NCBI GenBank assembly: GCA_031430875.1
Contig: JANPCI010000431.1
Span: 1 to 59,443 of the forward strand
DNA length: 59,443 bases
DNA from: Actinomycetes bacterium
GTDB lineage: Bacteria > Actinomycetota > Acidimicrobiia > Acidimicrobiales > Ilumatobacteraceae
Direction of reading: 5' to 3'
Shown here: positions 45,320 to 53,864 of the stretch, in pieces
Layout of the letters: the number at the start of each line of letters is the position of its first letter
Position numbering within the stretch: the first letter of the stretch is position 1
Position numbers and translations under genes: made by a program
The notes under the pieces: model-generated
What the model was told of the DNA's origin: nothing
Seen by the model: only the letters and a program-made list of their open reading frames with translations
Database searches by the model: none

Positions 45320-47515
45320 TCACGCTTTGGTGTAGCCGCCGACGTCGACGAGCAGATGCGCCGGGGCCGACGTGAACACACACACTTTGCCCCCTGCACC
45401 GACCTTGGCCACCACAGAGTTCGGGATCGTCTGGCCGGCCGAAAAGTTCAGGTTCGAAGCGTCCGGTGCGCCGGCACCGCACGGGAACACTGTCATGTAC
45501 CCGGCCGCGAGCGCACCGACTGCGGTCACGTTGAGCACGACGGTCGGCGAACCGGCAGGAACGGCGCCGCTGCCGTAGACGTCGATTTCGGTGACGGAGC
45601 CTGCCGCACGCACCTGGCCGCTTGGGCGGGAGTCGTACAGGCGACGAGGAGTCAGGCCGGAATAGCCGGAGGCGCCAGAGATGTAGCCGCCGACATCGAC
45701 CAGCAGCCCCGCAGATCCGCTCGTGAACACACACACTTTGCCCGCAGCATCCAGCTTGGCGATCACTGAATTCGCGATGGTGGCACCGACCGGGAAGTTC
45801 AAGTTCGACGCGTCTGGCGGTGCAGTCCCGCACGGGAACACCGTCATGTAACCGGGCACTGACGCGTTGAGCGCTGTCACGTTCAGCACTGCCGTCGTGG
45901 CATCAGCGGGAACGCCGCCCCTTCCGGCAACCTGCACAACCGTCACCGACCCATCAGGACGCGGGCCGTCACCCGTTCGGGAGTCGTACAAGCGCGACGG
46001 GTCGAGAGGATCGACGGCTGAGCCGGCCGGGAGACTGCCGTTGACGTCGACGAGAAGATCAACCTGCGCAGATGTGAACACGCACACCTTGCCACCGGCC
46101 CCCACCTTGGCGATGACAGAGTTCGGGATGGTCTGGCCGGCCGCATAGTTCAAGTTCGAGGCGTCTGGCAGTGCAGACCCGCACGGGAACACCGTCAGGA
46201 ATCCGGGCGCTCTCGCGTTGACGGCGGTCACGTTGAGAACGACACCTTCGGCGTCACTCGGCACGCCCGCTCGACCGGTCACGGCGACTTCGGTGACCGA
46301 ACCCGCCGGACGACCGCCAGGCGTCGAGCGTGAGTCGTAGACGCGAGCCGGGTCGACCGTCATGATCGGCGCCACGCTCGCTGAAGGAGTGGATGACGAC
46401 GACGGCGGCGGCGTAGTTGGCGTGGTTGGCGTAGTTGGCGTGGTTGGCGTCGGCGTGGTTGGCGGCGGCGTATACGGCGGCGGTACGTAGATGATCGGCG
46501 GCAACAAGATGATCGGCGGCAACAAGATGACCGGCAGCGGTGGCACCGACACGCTCACTGACGCAGACGCCGTGCCTGCTCCAACGGCGTTCACTGCGCG
46601 GAGCCGCACGTTGTACGTCGTGCCGGCGGCGAGCCCGGTGACCGTCACCGGGCTGGTGGTGTCGGCCGGCGACAACGAGGTCCACGCGCCTGAGTTCAAC
46701 GAGTACTGGTAGTTCGTGATCGTCGAGCCGCCATTCGACCCCGGCGTGAACGAAATCGTTGCACTGGCGTTGCCCGCTGCGGCCGACAACCCGGTCGGCG
46801 CCGCCGGAGCGGACGGCGGCGGCGTGGAAGGCGGCGGCGATACGACCAGGAGGGTCGTGGTCGCGAGGGTCGGGTTCGGGAGCGAAATGCGCCCGTACGG
46901 GGTGTTCGTCTGGATGGACCCCACCTGCATGTTCCCTGCGGTGCCGCTCATCGCCTGCGTCGCCTTCACCGGGAACCAGAAGTGGATTCGCTCGTTGATG
47001 CCCGAACTCACTGGAGGGAACATGGCGTACCCGCCGGACATGTACGGCGCTGCGCACTCGAACATCGTCCTCGTCTCGAAGTTGTTGAGGTCGCTAATTT
47101 CGCAATACACGTCGTTCGCCACCGTTGGGCTCACCAGCTCCAGCCCGGCGGGCATCAGCACCCGCATTTGGTATGTCGCACTCCACCAGTTGGCTACCTC
47201 GGTGTAGATGTGCACGTAGAACACGTCGCCCACGCTCGGCGCAATGAGCGGCGTGGTCGACTTCCCCTGCCACTCGACTGCGTTGATGTACACGGGGTAC
47301 TGGAACCCCCCGCTTTCGTAAATGCTGATGTTGCTCAGTGTGAGCCCGGTCCACCGTCCGTCGTGGAAGCCCGACGGGGCCGCATCGGCTGTCGGCACGG
47401 GCCCAGCCGGAATCAACAACGCCGACATGACGACTGCCGTTGCAACAACGAGGTGCGCTACTCGAACGTGCCACTTACTCAACTGATGCTCCCTTGCGTC
47501 GGTCGACCCGCCCAA
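45320..47515 (-). CDS. Secreted protein: unassigned N-terminal domain, one FN3 domain, Pro/Thr linker and three ~105-aa C-terminal repeats
   Basis: 731-aa ORF. Signal-like VAHLVVATAVVMSALLIPAGPVPTADA. FN3 (TNYQYSLN..YNVRLRAVNAVG). Repeat consensus (R)LYDSR..G....GSVT...V.G..GVP......VLNVTA.......G(F/Y)(L/M)TVFPCG...PDASNLN....TI.NSV.AK....GKVCVFTS....LLVDV.G. The exact start is uncertain. Confidence 0.75.
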   Translation of the reverse strand: MGGSTDAREHQLSKWHVRVAHLVVATAVVMSALLIPAGPVPTADAAPSGFHDGRWTGLTLSNISIYESGGFQYPVYINAVEWQGKSTTPLIAPSVGDVFYVHIYTEVANWWSATYQMRVLMPAGLELVSPTVANDVYCEISDLNNFETRTMFECAAPYMSGGYAMFPPVSSGINERIHFWFPVKATQAMSGTAGNMQVGSIQTNTPYGRISLPNPTLATTTLLVVSPPPSTPPPSAPAAPTGLSAAAGNASATISFTPGSNGGSTITNYQYSLNSGAWTSLSPADTTSPVTVTGLAAGTTYNVRLRAVNAVGAGTASASVSVSVPPLPVILLPPIILLPPIIYVPPPYTPPPTTPTPTTPTTPTTPTTPPPSSSSTPSASVAPIMTVDPARVYDSRSTPGGRPAGSVTEVAVTGRAGVPSDAEGVVLNVTAVNARAPGFLTVFPCGSALPDASNLNYAAGQTIPNSVIAKVGAGGKVCVFTSAQVDLLVDVNGSLPAGSAVDPLDPSRLYDSRTGDGPRPDGSVTVVQVAGRGGVPADATTAVLNVTALNASVPGYMTVFPCGTAPPDASNLNFPVGATIANSVIAKLDAAGKVCVFTSGSAGLLVDVGGYISGASGYSGLTPRRLYDSRPSGQVRAAGSVTEIDVYGSGAVPAGSPTVVLNVTAVGALAAGYMTVFPCGAGAPDASNLNFSAGQTIPNSVVAKVGAGGKVCVFTSAPAHLLVDVGGYTKA
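45323..46357 (-). repeat. Three tandem protein-coding repeats (residues about 387-731 of the 731-aa protein)
   Basis: Residue counting of the ORF translation. The repeats are also visibly similar at the DNA level. Confidence 0.75.
46391..46543 (-). repeat. Pro/Thr/Ile/Leu linker built from short perfect tandem DNA repeats (18-nt ILLPPI unit x2, TTP-type 9/18-nt units)
   Basis: Coding strand reads ATCTTGTTGCCGCCGATC twice, then ACGCCAACCACGCCAACT-type units. Residues 325-375. Confidence 0.7.
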
Positions 47516-47610
47516 TTAACCACGACCAGCACCGTACGGTGAGATCTCCGGCCCACACATCGGGAAAATCCCCTAATTTCGACTGGACCCGGTAGGCATC
47601 GGACCCGAGA

Positions 47611-47622
47611 ACTACTGTTTGG
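47611..47622 (+). promoter_or_regulatory. ACTACTGTTTGG motif (contains the -10-like TACTGT) immediately upstream of the LuxR-family gene
   Basis: Identical 12-mer at 50412..50423. TACTGT lies 6 nt from the GTG at 47625. Confidence 0.45.
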
Positions 47623-47624
47623 TC

Positions 47625-50369
47625 GTGTCGACGGGATCGTCAGCCCGCCAACAGGTGGCCGCTCAATTACGCCAACGGTTGAATCAGTCGCGAGCAGGCG
47701 CAGCCGGCGCAATCATGCTCATCGGCGAGCCCGGCATCGGGAAGTCCACCCTCCTCGCCGAAGCCTCTGGCGACCTCGACGACGCACTTGTTCTCCGTGC
47801 TGCCGGCGCCGAGCAGGAGATGGACCTTCCCTTGGCGCTGCTGATCCAACTGCTCCTCCCCGTGCGTCATCTGTTCGACCTCGTGAGCGACCGCAACCGG
47901 CGTGTGCTCGTTGCTGCCATCGAAGACGGTGACCCGTCGTCACCGGTCACACTCGGCCTGGCCGTGCTCGACCTGCTGGGTGCGCTCGCCGAACGTGAGT
48001 CGTTGACAGTCCTCGTGCTCGACGACGCGCAATGGAGCGACGAACTCTCCGCAGCCACCCTGCAATTCGCCATCCGCCGCCTGACCAACGAACGGGTCGC
48101 CACGCTGCTGGCGGCAAGATCGGGCATGACAACGCTGTTCAACGACGTGACGAAGGTCGCGGTGAGCGGGGTCGACACCGAAGTCTGTCGATCGATTCTG
48201 TCGGTCGGCGGCGCCGTCACCATGGAGGTTGCGAGCCGCGCCCGGGAAGTCTGCGGCGGGAACCCCTTCGTCCTCGGGCAACTCGGGGCGATCCTGACCC
48301 CGCAGCAGCGAGCAGGCATCGATCCTCTGCCCGACATCATGCCGACGGGATCGGCACTCTCTGCGCTGTTGCAGCAACGCATCGACACACTCGCCGAATC
48401 GACGCGCGTGGCGCTTGCCGTGCTCGCAGCGGCCGGTTCGGCAGATCGCCGATCGGTGACCGACGCGTGGGCCGGACTCGGAGTGTCGTCAATCGACTTA
48501 CTCGGCGCAGAGCGCGCCGACCTGATCGCGCCGGGCCCCGACGGATACCAATTCACCCATCCGCTCATGCGGTCAGCCGTGCTCAGCGGGGTGGAGCCCC
48601 ACCTGAAGCGGACGGCCCACCGCGCCGTGGCCGATGCGCTTCCCGCAAGCAGCGTGGAGCGCCGAGCCCACCATCTCGATCTCGCAGCGGACGGCCCGGA
48701 TCCGGCAGTCGCCGAGGTACTCGAGGCGACCGCTGTGCGAGCGGGCGAACAGGGCGCGCACGAGGTCGCGGCCATTGCATGGGAGCGCGCCGCCCGTCAT
48801 TCGATGTCGCCGACCGACACGGCGCGGCGGCTCGGTGAAGCAGGCAACTCGTGCTGGAAGGCGCATCGACCCGAACAGGGCATCCCGCTGAGCCAGGAGG
48901 CTGTGGCGATGATCGATCACGGCCCCGCTCGAGCGATGATCGTGTTCGGGTTGGGCGACATGGTCGCTTTCTGGACCGACACACGTGCCGGCGTTCAGAT
49001 GATCGTCGACGAGGCGCACACGGTCCAACGGGAGTCTCCGGCACTCGCAGCATCAATGATGTGTCAGGCCGGAAACTTTGCTGCGCTCGGCGGCGATGCC
49101 CGCCGAGGGGTCGAGTACGCCAGACTCGGCGAGACCTTCGCGGAGCGAGCCGACCCCATCACACAGATCGGCTGCCGTGCGATCAACACGCACCTCCGGC
49201 TGATCCACGGTGATGCACTCGATCTGAGAACAGAGCTCGACGAACTCGACGTTCTCGGCGCATTGATCGACCCGAACGCGTCCGATGATCTGGTGCAGCT
49301 TGGCCAACTGATCGTCTTCGACCTGATGACGCTCGGCCGATGGGACGCGGCCGACGACCTCGCAACACGTGTGATCATCCAGGCTCGAGCCACCGGATTT
49401 CGCGGCATCGAGTCGTTCGTTCATGGCCTTCGAGGCGAGGTTGCATGGCGCCGTGGACGCTGGATCGAAGCGCGCGCCGAGGCGCTGTTCGAGGTGCAGT
49501 TCTACGAAGGACGTGAAGACCCCGGTGGTTCGTTCGCCCACGCCACCCTCGCCCGCGTCGAGGCCGCGATGGGTCTGATCGACGACAGCACGAGAAACGC
49601 CGGCCTGGTCGTCGACAGGGGTGCCAAGCTCGGCATGGGCGTGCTGGAAGCCTGGGGTCTCCAAGCCCGTGGCCTCGCTGCGCTGGCCAGCGGTGATTCC
49701 GCAGCTGCGGTGATCGATCTCGAGCGGATCTGGGAGATCTGCCAGCAGGGCGAAATCGGCGAACCGGGACCCCTGTGGTGGCACGGTGACCTCATCGAGG
49801 CGTTCTGGCGCGCCGATCGAATGATGGATGCTCGTCGCTTCGTCGAGTATCTACGCGGCCGATCCGTCGAAACGGGGAGCCCGTGGGCGGCAGCCATGGT
49901 CTTGAGAGGTGACGGGATTCTCGACCGCAACCCGACTGATCTCCTCGAGTCAGCGCAGTGCCTCGACGAGATGAACGCACCGTTCGAGGCGGCACGCAGC
50001 CGCGCGCTGATCGGTGAGGTCGCCTCGCCCAGAACGTTCGAACACGCCCTGTTCGGAGCGTTCGATGCGTTCGTTGCGCTGGGCGCTCATCCGTGGATCG
50101 AACGGACCGCCGTGACCCTCGGTCGACAGGCCCCGACCGTTCAGAGCCCACTCGACCTCCTGACGAAGGCGGAGCTGCGGGTAGCTGCAGCGGTCTCCAG
50201 GGGGCTCAGTAACCGCGACGCCGCCGACAACCTCTTTCTCAGCCCCAAGACGGTCGATTCCCACCTGCAGCGCATCTACCGCAAGCTCAACGTCAGCACC
50301 CGCACCGAACTCGCGATCCTGGTCAGCGGAGGATCTCGCATCGAACCAGCCGTTGACCGCGCCGGGTGA
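47625..50369 (+). CDS. Large ATP-binding LuxR-family regulator (LAL/MalT-like: AAA ATPase, helical repeats, C-terminal LuxR HTH)
   Basis: ORF 47619..50369 (TTG at 47619 or GTG at 47625). Walker A GEPGIGKST. C-terminal LTKAELRVAAAVSRGLSNRDAADNLFLSPKTVDSHLQRIYRKL. Confidence 0.85.
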   Translation: MSTGSSARQQVAAQLRQRLNQSRAGAAGAIMLIGEPGIGKSTLLAEASGDLDDALVLRAAGAEQEMDLPLALLIQLLLPVRHLFDLVSDRNRRVLVAAIEDGDPSSPVTLGLAVLDLLGALAERESLTVLVLDDAQWSDELSAATLQFAIRRLTNERVATLLAARSGMTTLFNDVTKVAVSGVDTEVCRSILSVGGAVTMEVASRAREVCGGNPFVLGQLGAILTPQQRAGIDPLPDIMPTGSALSALLQQRIDTLAESTRVALAVLAAAGSADRRSVTDAWAGLGVSSIDLLGAERADLIAPGPDGYQFTHPLMRSAVLSGVEPHLKRTAHRAVADALPASSVERRAHHLDLAADGPDPAVAEVLEATAVRAGEQGAHEVAAIAWERAARHSMSPTDTARRLGEAGNSCWKAHRPEQGIPLSQEAVAMIDHGPARAMIVFGLGDMVAFWTDTRAGVQMIVDEAHTVQRESPALAASMMCQAGNFAALGGDARRGVEYARLGETFAERADPITQIGCRAINTHLRLIHGDALDLRTELDELDVLGALIDPNASDDLVQLGQLIVFDLMTLGRWDAADDLATRVIIQARATGFRGIESFVHGLRGEVAWRRGRWIEARAEALFEVQFYEGREDPGGSFAHATLARVEAAMGLIDDSTRNAGLVVDRGAKLGMGVLEAWGLQARGLAALASGDSAAAVIDLERIWEICQQGEIGEPGPLWWHGDLIEAFWRADRMMDARRFVEYLRGRSVETGSPWAAAMVLRGDGILDRNPTDLLESAQCLDEMNAPFEAARSRALIGEVASPRTFEHALFGAFDAFVALGAHPWIERTAVTLGRQAPTVQSPLDLLTKAELRVAAAVSRGLSNRDAADNLFLSPKTVDSHLQRIYRKLNVSTRTELAILVSGGSRIEPAVDRAG

Positions 50370-50411
50370 GACCGCAGTCGACGAACGCGGCTGCACCTGG
50401 CTGACGTCGTC

Positions 50412-50423
50412 ACTACTGTTTGG
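50412..50423 (+). promoter_or_regulatory. Second copy of ACTACTGTTTGG, upstream of the LtrA-family gene
   Basis: TACTGT lies 6 nt from the ATG at 50426. Confidence 0.45.
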
Positions 50424-50425
50424 GC

Positions 50426-51658
50426 ATGCGTGGACTCGTGGTGCCCGATGCGAGCGAAGACTTTGCCGCCGATCCGGTCGAACTGTTCTTCGACCTCGCG
50501 TTCGTCTTCGCCTTCTCGCAGTTGGTCGGGCTCCTCATCTCGACGCCCACGTGGAACTCGGTCGGCCAGGCGACGCTGATCTTTCTGATGCTGTGGCTGC
50601 CGTGGACCCAGTTCGCTTGGTCGGCCAACGCCGTGCCCGGCAACTCACGAACCGTGCGATTGCTGTTCCTCGTGGCGACCGCGGCGAGCGTGCCGATGGC
50701 CGCCTCGGTGCAAACGGCGTTCGACCAGAGCGGCCCCCTGTTCGCCATCCCGCTCGCCGTGATCTTCCTGATGGGGATTGCCCTGATGGTCGTCGGTCTC
50801 CCCAGCGACTCGCAGGTGTTCCGATCGGCGATCACCTATGGAGCGCCGACCCTGGTGGCGATGGCGGCGGTTGTGATCGGAGGGTTCCTCGATGGCGATG
50901 CCCGAGTCGTCGCGTGGATCATGGGAGTCCTGATCGTGATCTACTCGACCATTCGGGCCGGGAGCAGCGAGTGGATCATCCGCGCCGGTCACATCGCCGA
51001 ACGCCACGCACTGATCCTCATCGTTGCGCTCGGCGAGGTCATCGTTGCGATCGGCAACTCCGTGGTCATTCCGCTCGACGAGGACGGCGGCTTCCCGGCT
51101 CAGGCCGTGGTGGCGCTCGTCGCGGCCGGTGTCTTCGCCGGCCTGCTCTGGTGGGCCTACTTCGACCGGGTGCAACCGGCGTTCGAGCACCGCATGGAGG
51201 AGACCTCGCCGGCCGAGCGCGGCAAGTTCGCGCGTGACGTCTACACGTACGCCCATGCACCGATCGTCGCCGGCGTGATCCTGTCGGCAGTGGCGATGGA
51301 GGAGATGGCGCTCCACCCGACCGACCCGCTGCCGGCGGCGTTCAGAGCCATGGGTGCTGCGGGCATCCTGCTCTACTTCGGTGGGGTGGGCATCGGGGTG
51401 TATCGCTCGTTCGCAACGATCGCCCGCGAGAGGTTCATCGCCGTTGGGGTGATCATCGTGCTGATGGGTGTCGGCGGTGACATCAACGGCGTCGTCCTGC
51501 TCGTTGGCATCGATCTGATCCTGCTCGCCACCTTGATCTTCGAGCACCGCCGCATCGAGGGCAGGCCATCCAGCCCGGGCGATGCCTCAGTGCACAGCGC
51601 GTCAGCCCATGGCCCGTCAGTCGACGATGGTTGGGTCGATGGCGAGGCTGCGCAGTAG
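50426..51658 (+). CDS. Low-temperature-requirement A (LtrA) family membrane protein
   Basis: ORF 50420..51658. DPVELFFDLAFVFAFSQL signature. Polytopic. Confidence 0.8.
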   Translation: MRGLVVPDASEDFAADPVELFFDLAFVFAFSQLVGLLISTPTWNSVGQATLIFLMLWLPWTQFAWSANAVPGNSRTVRLLFLVATAASVPMAASVQTAFDQSGPLFAIPLAVIFLMGIALMVVGLPSDSQVFRSAITYGAPTLVAMAAVVIGGFLDGDARVVAWIMGVLIVIYSTIRAGSSEWIIRAGHIAERHALILIVALGEVIVAIGNSVVIPLDEDGGFPAQAVVALVAAGVFAGLLWWAYFDRVQPAFEHRMEETSPAERGKFARDVYTYAHAPIVAGVILSAVAMEEMALHPTDPLPAAFRAMGAAGILLYFGGVGIGVYRSFATIARERFIAVGVIIVLMGVGGDINGVVLLVGIDLILLATLIFEHRRIEGRPSSPGDASVHSASAHGPSVDDGWVDGEAAQ

Positions 51659-52396
51659 CCACTGGAACATGCGCCAGCCCGTTGCGGCGGGCGCCATCGA
51701 CTCGGCCGCAATCGCGGCTGCCTCATCCGAGATCGCCTTGCCGTCCGGTGCTTTCACGTGCACCTCGGCGACACGCTCGGCAAGGACGAACCAGCCGACT
51801 GCCTCCTCGACCGATCCGCCGACGGTGATCACACCGTGATTGCGCAGGATGCACAATTTGGTACCGCCGAGGGCCGACGCGATCCGCTTGCCGCCGTCGT
51901 ACGACAGCACCTCGACCTCTTCGTCGTCGAACAACGCCTGATCGAAGACGAAGGCACACGATTCCTGGCTGATCGCTCGGAAGGGCTCGACGTTCGCCGA
52001 CCACGGTGTGCCGAATGCGGTGTGGGTATGAGCGGCACTCACGGCATCGGGACGGGCGGCGAGGACCGGGGCGTGAATGTTGTAGCCCGCCGTGTTCACA
52101 GCACCGGTCGGGTTGCCGTCGGCATCCATGACCCTGCCATCGGGGCCGACGAGCACCAGTTGATCGACCGTGGCGGCCCCGAACGGCACGCCCCAGTCGA
52201 GCAGCCAGAAGTGGTCGGTCAGGATCGGGTCACGCGCCGACACGTGGCCGTCGCCGAGCTGTCCCCAGCGCATCGCGCCGAAGATGCGGTAGCCCAGCGC
52301 GCACATCCGCTTGCGGTGCACGCGTTCCGCTTCAAGTGTTCGAACCGCATCGAACGGTTCGACTCCGGGAAACGTCGGATATGGCGACTCGCTCAT
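51617..52396 (-). CDS. Class II aldolase/adducin family protein
   Basis: ATG at 52396 within ORF 51617..52471. AHTHTAFGTPWS motif. TACGAT lies 6 nt upstream of the ATG. The 3' end overlaps the LtrA gene by 42 nt. Confidence 0.8.
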   Translation of the reverse strand: MSESPYPTFPGVEPFDAVRTLEAERVHRKRMCALGYRIFGAMRWGQLGDGHVSARDPILTDHFWLLDWGVPFGAATVDQLVLVGPDGRVMDADGNPTGAVNTAGYNIHAPVLAARPDAVSAAHTHTAFGTPWSANVEPFRAISQESCAFVFDQALFDDEEVEVLSYDGGKRIASALGGTKLCILRNHGVITVGGSVEEAVGWFVLAERVAEVHVKAPDGKAISDEAAAIAAESMAPAATGWRMFQWLLRSLAIDPTIVD

Positions 52397-52425
52397 GGCC
52401 TGATCGTAGATCCTTTGCCCATTCT

Positions 52426-52483
52426 CGGTTTGCGTTACAGTTTGGTTGGGACGGGCCAACGGAACTGTCACACAAACCGGGTT
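52426..52483 (+). repeat. Family B palindromic repeat, copy B2
   Basis: CGGTTTGCGTTACAGTTTGGTTGGGACGGGCCAACGGAACTGTCACACAAACCGGGTT, in the divergent region between the aldolase and yqhA. Confidence 0.8.
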
Positions 52484-52536
52484 CTTGCGGGGGTAACCAG
52501 CTCCCGCACCGGGACCACGCAGCTAGCCTCGCTGCG

Positions 52537-52992
52537 ATGGCACGGCTGATCGGCAACCTGCGCTACCTCGTCATCGTTGCCGTTTTCGGCATCGCGATCC
52601 AGGCGATCGCCACTTACGGCTGGGCTGCGTGGATCACTGTCGACTTCGTCTACGACCTTCTCAGCAGCAGCGCATGGCAGCAGGATGACACCATCGTCGA
52701 ACTCCTCCAGGTGCTCGACCTGTACCTGATCGGCACGGTGCTGATCATCACTGCGATCGGGCTCTACGAGTTGTTCATCAGCGAGGTGCAGTTGCCCGCG
52801 TGGTTGGTCATTCGGAGTCTGTCCGACCTGAAGACAAAGATCGTCGAGGTCATCGTGCTGGTGATCGGCATCAAGTTCGTGGAGAAGCTGGTGACGGCGA
52901 AGGAGCCGATCGACGTGCTGTGGTACGGCCTCGGATCGGCTGCGGTGATGGCCGTCCTGATCGGCTGGAACACCCTGAAGTCCGCCAAATAG
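52537..52992 (+). CDS. yqhA: YqhA (UPF0114) family membrane protein
   Basis: ATG at 52537 within ORF 52336..52992. LRYLVIVAVFG... and LDLYLIGTVLII resemble YqhA. TAGCCT lies 7 nt upstream of the ATG. Confidence 0.75.
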   Translation: MARLIGNLRYLVIVAVFGIAIQAIATYGWAAWITVDFVYDLLSSSAWQQDDTIVELLQVLDLYLIGTVLIITAIGLYELFISEVQLPAWLVIRSLSDLKTKIVEVIVLVIGIKFVEKLVTAKEPIDVLWYGLGSAAVMAVLIGWNTLKSAK

Positions 52993-53003
52993 CCCCAAAA
53001 ACA

Positions 53004-53058
53004 CGGTTTGCGTGACAGTTCGGTTGGCCCGTCCCAACCAAACTGTTACGCAAACCGG
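53004..53058 (-). repeat. Family B palindromic repeat, copy B3 (inverted relative to B1/B2)
   Basis: The reverse complement CCGGTTTGCGTAACAGTTTGGTTGGGACGGGCCAACCGAACTGTCACGCAAACCG aligns with B1/B2. 24-nt arms with two mismatched/wobble positions. Confidence 0.8.
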
Positions 53059-53075
53059 TTTTCTAGGGGTTGGGG

Positions 53076-53864
53076 TCACTCAGCGGGGAAGCCGCGACGA
53101 GGAACCACTACGACGGTGCCGTCGTCGGCGTCGACCTCGACGGTGACGCACACGTGGAACACCTCACCGAGTCGCTCGGCCGTCAGCACCTCGCTCGCTG
53201 GGCCGGTCGCCACGATGCTGCCCCGGTCGAGCATCACCAACCGATCGGTGTAGATCCCCGCCAGGGTCAGGTCATGCATCGCCGAGATCACGGTGAGGCC
53301 GCTGTGCTGGCGAAGTTCGGTCACCAGCTCCAACGCCTGCTGCTGGTGGCCGATGTCGAGCGCCGATGTCGGTTCGTCAAGCAGTAGCACTGGGGCCTGC
53401 TGGGCGAGAGCACGGGCAATCACCACCCGTTGACGTTCGCCACCGCTCAACGACCCGAGCATCCGGTCGGTGAACTCATCCAGCCGCAACCGATCGATCA
53501 CTTCGGTGGCAATCGCATGGTCGTGGCCGGTCTCTGTGCCGAAGTAGCTGACGTACGGGGTGCGGCCGAGCAGGACATAGTCGCCGACCGTCATGTCGTT
53601 CGGGATGAGCGGCTCCTGCGGCACGTACGCAATGAGCTGCGCCCGCTCGCGTGCGTGCAGGCCACCGAGCGCCACCCCGTCGACCGCCACGGTCCCCGTC
53701 GAGGCGATGAGACCGACCGCCGCCCGCAAGAGCGAAGACTTGCCGGCACCGTTGGGACCGATGAGGCCGAGCCACTCGCCCGACTGCACCTGCGCCGTGA
53801 ACGGAGCGACGACTTCACGTTTGCCATACGCCACAGCGACCTGGTCGAACGTGATCGAACTCAT
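53076..53864 (-). CDS. btuD: ABC transporter ATP-binding protein (FecE/BtuD type)
   Basis: 262-aa portion of ORF 53076..54872, from MSSITFDQV. GPNGAGKSS, LSGGERQRV, LLLDEPTSALD. The symbol is inferred from the upstream cobalamin riboswitch. Confidence 0.85.
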   Translation of the reverse strand: MSSITFDQVAVAYGKREVVAPFTAQVQSGEWLGLIGPNGAGKSSLLRAAVGLIASTGTVAVDGVALGGLHARERAQLIAYVPQEPLIPNDMTVGDYVLLGRTPYVSYFGTETGHDHAIATEVIDRLRLDEFTDRMLGSLSGGERQRVVIARALAQQAPVLLLDEPTSALDIGHQQQALELVTELRQHSGLTVISAMHDLTLAGIYTDRLVMLDRGSIVATGPASEVLTAERLGEVFHVCVTVEVDADDGTVVVVPRRGFPAE

